This document shows, piece after piece, positions 56,691 through 64,000 of a stretch of 64,000 nucleotides of DNA. The position numbers were made by a program, and so were the translations under genes. The notes beneath the pieces are model-generated. The model had not been told where the DNA came from. It worked only from the letters and a program-made list of their open reading frames with translations, and made no database searches. Origin of the DNA: Candidatus Poribacteria bacterium (GTDB lineage: Bacteria; Poribacteria; WGA-4E; WGA-3G); the NCBI GenBank assembly GCA_965220065.1, contig OZ244804.1, positions 5,434,346-5,498,345 of the forward strand, given 5' to 3'. The number at the start of each line of letters is the position of its first letter. The stretch's first letter is position 1.

Positions 56691-58373
56691 TTATTGAGCG
56701 ATCAGTAGTGTCACTCGGTGCGAATCAGTCGTAGATGGATGATACATGAGAATGTCTTGTTTACTGTCCTTGTTGAGATCTACCAGCCGGGTATTCCGTT
56801 CGTCCATAGGCAAGGTGACCGCGACTTTTTTGGGCTGTCGTGCTAACAGTTCCGGTCCCGGGACACCGACAAAGACTTGTAGTTCTTCCCGGCTCTTCCC
56901 CACCAGCAGATCTAAGCGTCTGTCGCCGTTCACATCCCCCATCAGTACCGGCGAGAAGAATATGTTTTGTTTGTCAAAGAAGTTAATGTCCGGTCTGATT
57001 TTATGCGTGGCAGTTGGGTTGTCTGGATAGATGCCGTCTTTGATACGATAGAACTCAACATCCATCATGATGGAATTACCGAGGAGCGCACGCATCATCC
57101 CCGCGACACCTATATTTACGTCTCTGAAGATAACGTCTATTTCACCATCCGTATCGAAATCTTGCAACCAGACGGACGAATAGCCTGAGTGCTGCAATCC
57201 ACCCGCTCTTCCTCGCGGTTGGATTACCGTGCTTGCCTCTCGTGCGAACAGGATGCCGTCGGGTGTCGGCGTGCCGAAATGCACCTCGTATAGGCTGCGT
57301 TGGTTCAATACACTCCGTCCGTCCAGCGAAAGGATCATCATGTCAGCAACACCATCGCCATTCACGTCGCCGAACGCGTACAGCACCTTCAACGTCGTGC
57401 TCTCTCTGAAACCAAAGATGAGCGAGAACGTATCCTCGCCACTGAATCCAAAGGCAATCGAGTAGGCACCGTCAGTGTCAAATGGAATATCAACAGTGAA
57501 AATCTCTGGCACCATGGAAAACATCCCATTGGAATCCTGGCGATAAATGTCGAAATGGTCCCTGTTCCAGAACACGAGATCACTGTGTCCATCTTGGTCG
57601 TAGTCCATTTGGTGAACACGACTCAGATACCAAGGTATCGTCAAAGCGGTTATTCCGACTTCGCGGTAACTGCGGGTATCGTCCAAGGCACTTTCGTCGA
57701 GAAAGGGTTCGGGCGGTCCGAGTTTTATTGGGTCGGTGAATGAGCCGTTGCTCATTTGCGTGGCTACCCAAAAACCATCAATATCCGGCATTACCACGTC
57801 GTCGAGACCGTCAAGGTTGATGTCCCGAGTGATGTCAATATGGGGGATGCTACTGCTCCCCGTAGCGTTGTAACTCGCAGTGATTTCAACCAAGGCGTGT
57901 TCCACCGCGGAATCAGGATCAAACCAGTTCAAGCGACCTTGTTCGTACGTGATTAGGCAATCGCGTCCACCGATGTTTGCGACATCAATAAATAGTGCTT
58001 CAGGACGCAGAGGAGCGTCAAGTCTCAGCACCCAAATACCATCAACAAACGCATAGATACGCAACTGCGGATTACCGTTCTCATCAACGTCAACCGTGGC
58101 AAGTTCCGCGATAGTGCCTCCGAGAAAAAATCCTGTCAAAACGGTTTGATGTTTGGCAGTACCAGTGGCGACTTCATACTCATCGAAAGTGAATCCCGCA
58201 GGAGCAGGCACCATCGGATCGATCGCCTCGTTGGACAGTCCTAAGCAACTCGACAGGAATACGCTGAGAACCAATATGAGGAACAGGTTTCGTCGATAAT
58301 ACCTTGTTCGCTCAGTTACTGATCCCAGTTTTGCAATAAAAAAGTGTTTGCGGACTGGGTTTCGCTTTTTCAT
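56691..58373 (-). CDS. FG-GAP/VCBS repeat lipoprotein
   Basis: Lipobox LSSC; DINLDGLDDVV, DYDQDGHSDLV, DVNGDGVADM, DFDTDGEIDV, DVNGDRRLDLLV, DLNKDSKQDIL. Confidence 0.88.
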   Translation of the reverse strand: MKKRNPVRKHFFIAKLGSVTERTRYYRRNLFLILVLSVFLSSCLGLSNEAIDPMVPAPAGFTFDEYEVATGTAKHQTVLTGFFLGGTIAELATVDVDENGNPQLRIYAFVDGIWVLRLDAPLRPEALFIDVANIGGRDCLITYEQGRLNWFDPDSAVEHALVEITASYNATGSSSIPHIDITRDINLDGLDDVVMPDIDGFWVATQMSNGSFTDPIKLGPPEPFLDESALDDTRSYREVGITALTIPWYLSRVHQMDYDQDGHSDLVFWNRDHFDIYRQDSNGMFSMVPEIFTVDIPFDTDGAYSIAFGFSGEDTFSLIFGFRESTTLKVLYAFGDVNGDGVADMMILSLDGRSVLNQRSLYEVHFGTPTPDGILFAREASTVIQPRGRAGGLQHSGYSSVWLQDFDTDGEIDVIFRDVNIGVAGMMRALLGNSIMMDVEFYRIKDGIYPDNPTATHKIRPDINFFDKQNIFFSPVLMGDVNGDRRLDLLVGKSREELQVFVGVPGPELLARQPKKVAVTLPMDERNTRLVDLNKDSKQDILMYHPSTTDSHRVTLLIAQ

Positions 58374-58389
58374 TTTATTTCTCCATATA

Positions 58390-58420
58390 TTAACATATCT
58401 AAATAAATGAACAGTGTTAA
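58390..58420. promoter_or_regulatory. Putative TetR operator, copy 1
   Basis: TTAACATATCTAAATAAATGAACAGTGTTAA immediately upstream of ATG 58373. Confidence 0.7.
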
Positions 58421-58450
58421 CCTATACATAAAAAAATATAACCGATGGAT

Positions 58451-60169
58451 CTATTGAGCGATCAGCATCGTCACTCGATGCGGTTCAGTTCCCGGAGCCA
58501 ATTTCGGTGCGCCGTGAGCATCCCGTAGTGTGAATGGGTGATGCATAAGGATATCTTGCACCCCGTCCTTGTTGAGGTCCACCAGCCAAGTGTATTCTTC
58601 GTCGTTGGGAACAGCGATCTTCACCTCCTGAGGTTGTCGAGCAAATATTTCTGGTCCCGGCACGCCGCTGAAGACGACCATAATCCGAGGGTGATCCGCG
58701 ATGAGGAGATCCGAGCGACCATCGCCAGTAACATCCCCGATGCGTAAGGTTGCGTTGAACGCACGCGGGTAACTTTTTTGAGTTTTCCGTCTCTCGTGTG
58801 TTGCACCTCGAAGCACGATGGCCAGTGGCACCCATCCCGGCTCACGATGGCTGGGTACTCCGTCCAGAGCGATTCCACGGGTGGTGTTAGGTGTGTCGAG
58901 ATAACGGCCTTCTTCCATTTGGTAGAACTCAAGACCCAGCCCGATGTCATCCCCCATGAATCCCTTGATGCTCTTCCAAATGCTGCCTTTGAGGAATTCA
59001 AGATTAATAGTCGTGATCATCAGATCCATCTGACCATCGCGATTGAAGTCGTGCCGGTCCATCCTCAGCTGAACGTTCTCATCCGACTGGAACGCGATGT
59101 CAAGGTCTCCTGAAAAAGCGATACCGCCATCGGATGTTGACGCGCCAAAATGCACCTCATAACTGGAGTGCTTTTTGGAGATGTCCCTGCCTGAAAGGTT
59201 GAAAACCACTAAGTCAGCGATATCATCACCGTTCAGGTCTGACAATGAGTGCAGTATTTTTCCTGTCATGTCTCCAGTGTCGAGTAAGGAGCCCCGATCC
59301 GAGTCGAATGTCACATCGGTTAGAAAGGTTTTAGCCTTCGGTGCAAACAGCCCGCGTTCATCTTGAAGATGAACCTTGAAGTGGTTTTCGTCCCAGAACA
59401 CCAGGTCGGTCCGACCATCTCTATCGTAGTCGATTTCATAGACTCGGCTCTGAGACCACGGGTTGTACCGATATCCGTCGGCTCCGAGAATCCTCTCCAT
59501 CTCAGTAGGAGGACCGATTTTTACTTTCTCGGCAAACACGCCATCGCTCATCTGGATGAACATCCAGAAGCCATCGGCATCAGGCACTACCAAGTCATCG
59601 CGGGCGTCATTATTCACGTCCTGAGTGACATCTACATGGGGAATTTCGCGCTCGCGAGGTGGCTTGAAGTCGGAAGTAACCGCCACCAATGGGTGTTCTG
59701 TCGCTGCGTCCGGATCGAACCAGTTCAGACGTCCCCTCTCATACGTGATTAATCGATCACGTCCACCGATGTTTGCCACATCAACGAACAACACTTCTGG
59801 ACGTAGCGTTGTGTCGAGTTTCGGTGTCCAAGTATTGTCAACAAACGCGTAAATGCGTAAGCGTCGGTTGTCGTTCTCATCAATGTGCACCACGGCAATT
59901 TCAGCGAAATCACTACCGGACAGGAATCCCGTCAGAACGGTCTGGCGTTCCACAGCACCAATAACGATTTCGTACTGATCGAAAGTAAATTCGGCGTGAG
60001 CAGGCACCGTCGAATCGGCGGCTGCGTTGGGAAGTTCCGAGTAACTCGATAGGAACACAACAAAAATTAGCATGGCAAACAGACTTCGTCGATAACATCT
60101 TATCCGTTCGGTTACGGAGTTTGGTTCTGTAGCAGAAAAGTGTTTGAGGTAGAGGTCTTGCTTTTTCAT
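58451..60169 (-). CDS. FG-GAP/VCBS repeat secreted protein, tandem paralogue without lipobox
   Basis: Collinear with 56691-58373; LSSY replaces LSSC; DVNNDARDDLV, DYDRDGRTDLV, DLNGDDIADLV, DFNRDGQMDL, DVTGDGRSDLL. Confidence 0.88.
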   Translation of the reverse strand: MKKQDLYLKHFSATEPNSVTERIRCYRRSLFAMLIFVVFLSSYSELPNAAADSTVPAHAEFTFDQYEIVIGAVERQTVLTGFLSGSDFAEIAVVHIDENDNRRLRIYAFVDNTWTPKLDTTLRPEVLFVDVANIGGRDRLITYERGRLNWFDPDAATEHPLVAVTSDFKPPREREIPHVDVTQDVNNDARDDLVVPDADGFWMFIQMSDGVFAEKVKIGPPTEMERILGADGYRYNPWSQSRVYEIDYDRDGRTDLVFWDENHFKVHLQDERGLFAPKAKTFLTDVTFDSDRGSLLDTGDMTGKILHSLSDLNGDDIADLVVFNLSGRDISKKHSSYEVHFGASTSDGGIAFSGDLDIAFQSDENVQLRMDRHDFNRDGQMDLMITTINLEFLKGSIWKSIKGFMGDDIGLGLEFYQMEEGRYLDTPNTTRGIALDGVPSHREPGWVPLAIVLRGATHERRKTQKSYPRAFNATLRIGDVTGDGRSDLLIADHPRIMVVFSGVPGPEIFARQPQEVKIAVPNDEEYTWLVDLNKDGVQDILMHHPFTLRDAHGAPKLAPGTEPHRVTMLIAQ

Positions 60170-60185
60170 TTTATTTCTCCATATA

Positions 60186-60216
60186 TTAACATAGATAAAT
60201 AAATTTACAGTGTTAA
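60186..60216. promoter_or_regulatory. Putative TetR operator, copy 2
   Basis: TTAACATAGATAAATAAATTTACAGTGTTAA upstream of ATG 60169. Confidence 0.7.
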
Positions 60217-60263
60217 GTTATAGGTGAAAAAATATATTTGACTTTCGCCAAATAGTTTTGAAT

Positions 60264-60890
60264 CTATGCTTTTAAACCTTCAATTGTTGTATGAATTACG
60301 GTGTCAATCAATTTGTCTTTCTCAGTCCAAGGGAAATCAGGGAAATCAATCAGGAGCAATGTGACACCGTGAACCGCCGACCACAGTACCTGACCGGTGG
60401 TTTCGATATCCGCTTGGCGGAATCGTTTCTGTTGGATGCATTCAGAGACCATTTCACGTAAGTAATTGAACACCTTTTCGCCAACCGATCCTTCTTGCAG
60501 CCCTAAATCCTTCTGGAACTGAGGGCGGATGACAAACGTCAGCTTGTAATCTTGCGGATACTTGAGACCGAACTCGACGTAGGCTTGCCCACTTCTTCTG
60601 AGGGTTTCAACCGGGTCGCTTTTATCATTTTTTAGTTGCTCAAGTGTGTTCAACAGATTCAGAAGTGTTTCTTTGCAGACCGAATCTAACAGATCTGCCT
60701 TGTCCTTGAAATAGAGATAGATCGTCGTCGGTGAGTATTCGATCTTGTTAGCAATCTTTCGCATGGAGACGTTCTCATACCCTTCACAGACAAACAACTC
60801 TCGTGCCGCAACAAGGATTTGCCGCCGTAACTGTTCTTTCTCTCTTGCTCTTCGTTCTTTCGTACCCATCGCTTTAACCTTTGTTTCCAT
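60264..60890 (-). CDS. TetR/AcrR family transcriptional regulator
   Basis: ILVAARELF...GYENVSMRKIA..IEYSPTTIYLYFKDK..LL; WSAVHG. Confidence 0.95.
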   Translation of the reverse strand: METKVKAMGTKERRAREKEQLRRQILVAARELFVCEGYENVSMRKIANKIEYSPTTIYLYFKDKADLLDSVCKETLLNLLNTLEQLKNDKSDPVETLRRSGQAYVEFGLKYPQDYKLTFVIRPQFQKDLGLQEGSVGEKVFNYLREMVSECIQQKRFRQADIETTGQVLWSAVHGVTLLLIDFPDFPWTEKDKLIDTVIHTTIEGLKA

Positions 60891-60892
60891 GA

Positions 60893-60953
60893 TTTACATA
60901 GTAATCTAAATTAACAGTGTAAATATTATATCACATGTTTTTCTCTTTGTCAA
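60893..60953 (-). promoter_or_regulatory. Consensus sigma70 promoter of tetR with operator copy 3
   Basis: TTGACA (60953-60948), 17 bp, TATAAT (60930-60925); operator TTTACATAGTAATCTAAATTAACAGTGTAAA (60893-60923) lies between -10 and the ATG. Confidence 0.8.
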
Positions 60954-61099
60954 TTTTTTTTTTGACTTCGCACGAGACACGACTTTAGACCCAACGCTAA
61001 AGCATTGGGATTGTTAAGGGCGTCTCTTCAAATCAAGAGAGTTCCCCGACGGTGGCAGATGCCTTTTGAAGTTCCGGCTTGAGAATGTGAGCAAACACC

Positions 61100-63031
61100 T
61101 TAACTCAGCAAGATTCGATAACCCGTGCTGACGCCCGTTGCCATTCCAACAAGTGCCCAGATTCCAGCGCAGGTCATCTCGCCAAGCACAAGCCCAAGGA
61201 ATATTGGCCTCGCACCTCGATACATTCTCAATCCCCCGTACCTGATGAGAGTATACTTCATCATCCAGCCCAGAAAGATTGAGGGCCACAGCTTGAATGA
61301 GGCCCAAGAACTCAGCATTGTATATCCGATTGGATGAAGCGGCCACCACACGAAAATCCTTCTCAGCCACATCAACAGCCCCATGAACAGGCTACCTCCG
61401 ACCATAAAACCTGTGTTCGTCCAGTCCGTCCCGGTATCGGCACTAACGAGCACAGAAGTCAGCCACCGCATGTCGCCCGCCCCACCTGTGTACGGTGCAC
61501 GATGTGCATAGCTGACGTTGAGGACGGAATAATATGAGACAAGGGTTCCGATAACCATCGCCGCGCCCATAGCTATTAACAGCCCCCTCCGTCTGACCTT
61601 GACTTCATCGGCCGCCTTGAGACCGTTTACGACATACGGCATCATAATCTCCCTCAAGTCGCGCGTGAGAGAAACGGGATGCATAAACAGCGATGTCATG
61701 GTTGAAGGATTGATTCTCGCCGAACCCAGCGTCGTAAAGAGCACGTAATGCGCTGAATACGAAGGATTGACAAAAGGAATTCCGCCGTGGATGACTTGCC
61801 ATGTCAAGACAATGTAAATTCCGAGAAGCACCAGCACAAAAAGCAGTGCGAATCCCAACGACATTCCCATCAGATGATTTGCATACGCCAGCAGCAATAT
61901 CCCGCCGATGAGACCGATAATTGTCAAACCAGAGGGCATCGCCTCGTTTGCGTCATCGCTTTTGCGAAAGGCACTGACGAGCATGCTTCTGATGTGATGC
62001 CGTGCTTTGAAAAGGATGTAGATAACAAAGGTGAGGCACGCACCAATTTCCTGAGAAGCACTGAACGAATACGCGTTGTGTTGCACGCCTGGACCTTTGG
62101 TGATTTGGAAACCGAGCATCGAACCGATAAGACATTGGAGTTTGAAAAATAGAAAGAAAAACCAGAGGCTTAACGACACCTCAAGCGGCAGTAAATAGCT
62201 GAACCCCACTATCGAACAATACAAGTTGAGTTGCAAAGGTTTCAGTGCACTCCAAGGCTTTTCAATTAAGTAGGGATGGGGATTGAATCGGACGGGAAAT
62301 TCCGGCGCGCCAGGGAAGAACGCATGCAGGCCGTTTAACGTGTGAATGCATAGGGGAACGGCAAATCCGATCCATAATGCTCTGTTCCTGAAGAATGAAT
62401 TTCTCGATCCCGGCGGGTTATTTGCCATCTCCACAGGCAACACAACCAGCGGAAAGCTACACCGCTCAATCTCGACCCATTGTCTGCGCAGCAGCACCGA
62501 GAGACATATCACAACGAAGTAGAGGACAAACACGTAAAGTGTCCAAGCGAATAGAGGTATCAGCCATGCCCCCCAGGGGATGGATTCACCCGAAAAGATG
62601 CCTTCATGAAAGGATTTGATAGCATTCTCATCACGAACAACGCGCCAGTCGGGAATATAGTGATGGAAAAGTGCTTGCCAATCATTTTCGGGTGTTGCAA
62701 AATACTGGTAGGCGACAAGCGGGCGAAACGCATATCTCATCATGCCTGTCGAAGGGATGCCGGAGGCGGCTGCCATGATACACCAGATCGTCACCAATTC
62801 ACCCGCCGAGAGTGCGAGTTTGGGAGAAACTGCGCTCAAGATGCGGTTGCCAATCAGTACCAGGATAGTCAGGACAAAAAATGGACCGACAGGAAAATGA
62901 CCGCCAGCGAGAAAGACATTGCGAATCACGTAATCATTGTAAGGCGCAATCATACATTCCCCGGCGGCACAGACTAGCCCAATGACAACTGCCCGCGATG
63001 ATATGCTAACAGATTTGCTCGTTTTGTCCAT
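61100..63031 (-). CDS. DUF6785/DUF6784-type polytopic membrane protein
   Basis: Same motif set as 42774-44687. ATG 63031 (MDKTSK...SRAVVIGL) avoids overlap with the upstream gene. Confidence 0.75.
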   Translation of the reverse strand: MDKTSKSVSISSRAVVIGLVCAAGECMIAPYNDYVIRNVFLAGGHFPVGPFFVLTILVLIGNRILSAVSPKLALSAGELVTIWCIMAAASGIPSTGMMRYAFRPLVAYQYFATPENDWQALFHHYIPDWRVVRDENAIKSFHEGIFSGESIPWGAWLIPLFAWTLYVFVLYFVVICLSVLLRRQWVEIERCSFPLVVLPVEMANNPPGSRNSFFRNRALWIGFAVPLCIHTLNGLHAFFPGAPEFPVRFNPHPYLIEKPWSALKPLQLNLYCSIVGFSYLLPLEVSLSLWFFFLFFKLQCLIGSMLGFQITKGPGVQHNAYSFSASQEIGACLTFVIYILFKARHHIRSMLVSAFRKSDDANEAMPSGLTIIGLIGGILLLAYANHLMGMSLGFALLFVLVLLGIYIVLTWQVIHGGIPFVNPSYSAHYVLFTTLGSARINPSTMTSLFMHPVSLTRDLREIMMPYVVNGLKAADEVKVRRRGLLIAMGAAMVIGTLVSYYSVLNVSYAHRAPYTGGAGDMRWLTSVLVSADTGTDWTNTGFMVGGSLFMGLLMWLRRIFVWWPLHPIGYTMLSSWASFKLWPSIFLGWMMKYTLIRYGGLRMYRGARPIFLGLVLGEMTCAGIWALVGMATGVSTGYRILLS

Positions 63032-63044
63032 TTGAAATGTCCAA

Positions 63045-64000
63045 TTAGTCGAGGGGCGTGTCTGCCTCAAGCACTCGGCGTGCCGCAGAGGAGAGCCTTC
63101 CTTCCGCCGCGGCCCGTTCCACCCAATGGGCAGGTATGCCATTTGTCCATTTAGCAGGGCTTGCGTCGGGGTCTGGTGTCCGATACGCTATCAGCAAGCC
63201 CCATCGGGTCGGGGTTCCTGGCTTGCGATGTCCGACATGATGTGGCATGTGATGGGGAAACGAGACCATGCTCCCGGGCGGTAGCGAGAAGCGTACCATT
63301 TCCAACGGCTTGCCGGTGAAGGCGTGGATCTTTCCCTTCAGCCAGCCCGCTTTCATAGCAGCGTCATCATCGGGTCGCTCGGTGCTCCATTTGTACGGAA
63401 TGCGGTAGAGATGCGCACCCGGGATGACCCCAAGTTCCCCACCCTCCTCGATGGTTGCCCCTTCCGGGTAGCAGAGTGTCCGAATACACTGCCGTTGCAG
63501 ATACTCGGTGGTAAGGGCGTCTCCGGTACCGATAGGATCTTCGACCTCGTACTGCCCCTGCCGATACTGGTGCGCATGCCACCGCCGCCCTATTGATCCC
63601 GGTGTCCGGTTGAGCATATTGCAGTGGTCGAGTATGAAGCGGTCACCGAAAAGTTTGGTGAATAGTTCCATCATCTGAGGATGGGCGGTGGCGACATCCC
63701 TGATGAAGTCGTCGTATCCAATCGAGAAATGTTCCGGCATGACTCCCTGCGACTTGTACCCGCGTGTCACCAACGCAGGACCTGGACCGAACAGTCCGTG
63801 GTCGCGCATGTATTGATTCAGTCCTCGTGGCATGAAGCGCATCTGCTCTGAGCCACCGCAACACGTCTCCAAAAATTCCGGGGTGATTTGCTCCGGCAAC
63901 GGCGGCTGTAGCCCCCGGCCCGCAAAGTCGATGGCAGCCCAGTCGGTGTCCATGACGATCTCATCGTTCATCTGTTGTAACTTCTGCAAGCTCTCCGTCC
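63045..64000 (-). CDS. PhyH-like Fe(II)/2OG-fold dioxygenase with HxH motif; 5' end probably beyond the window
   Basis: WHAH, GGELGVIPGAH, LPPGSMVSFPHHMPH, RWGLLIAY; frame stays open to the window edge. Confidence 0.75.
   Translation of the reverse strand, partial: TESLQKLQQMNDEIVMDTDWAAIDFAGRGLQPPLPEQITPEFLETCCGGSEQMRFMPRGLNQYMRDHGLFGPGPALVTRGYKSQGVMPEHFSIGYDDFIRDVATAHPQMMELFTKLFGDRFILDHCNMLNRTPGSIGRRWHAHQYRQGQYEVEDPIGTGDALTTEYLQRQCIRTLCYPEGATIEEGGELGVIPGAHLYRIPYKWSTERPDDDAAMKAGWLKGKIHAFTGKPLEMVRFSLPPGSMVSFPHHMPHHVGHRKPGTPTRWGLLIAYRTPDPDASPAKWTNGIPAHWVERAAAEGRLSSAARRVLEADTPLD

Noticed and set aside
51353-60986. Identical 13-mer GAGACACGACTTT at 51353 and 60974 as att sites, or as a guide/target pair
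   Set aside because: A uniform model predicts roughly 30 chance 13-mer pairs in 64 kb, and there is no integrase or nuclease to support it.

Overview
64-kb bacterial genomic fragment, inferred to be Candidatus Poribacteria or a close relative. The inference rests on gene content: expanded LamG, PD40, FG-GAP, TPR, PhyH dioxygenase, enolase-superfamily, sulfatase and DUF6785 families. About 42 intact CDS; I saw no rRNA, tRNA or CRISPR array. Blocks in order: (1) TPR - FGE-fold - CRTAC1/FG-GAP operon running off the left edge; (2) AT-rich defence-like islet at 4.5-10 kb (orphan BrnA-like antitoxin, divergent promoters, a broken HNH nuclease missed by the ORF track, DUF2806, a RAYT transposase with cognate GTAG-REPs, a single-chain Type IIG/ISP-like restriction-modification enzyme); (3) catabolic genes (LamG-GH67-beta-helix chimera, dehydratases, MlrC, AKR, PhyH, sulfatase); (4) a ~16.7-kb MoxR-DUF58-BatA-vWA-coiled-coil-prenyltransferase-fold cluster; (5) transporters; (6) a TetR-linked pair of FG-GAP paralogues. 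Most interesting signals: a shared C-terminal V-x-P...L-x-T-x-W-[GA]-x-[IVL]-K tag on four unrelated secreted proteins (candidate sorting signal); heptamer-armed palindromic repeats and other dispersed repeats that are translated inside proteins; a 31-bp covarying TetR operator in three copies; a three-copy ECF-type promoter linking the MoxR cluster to a PD40 protein; the HNH-DUF2806 candidate defence unit; and enzymes with altered catalytic motifs (GH67-like, HxH dioxygenase, NxxC TlpA). All family assignments come from motif recognition by eye, not database searches.
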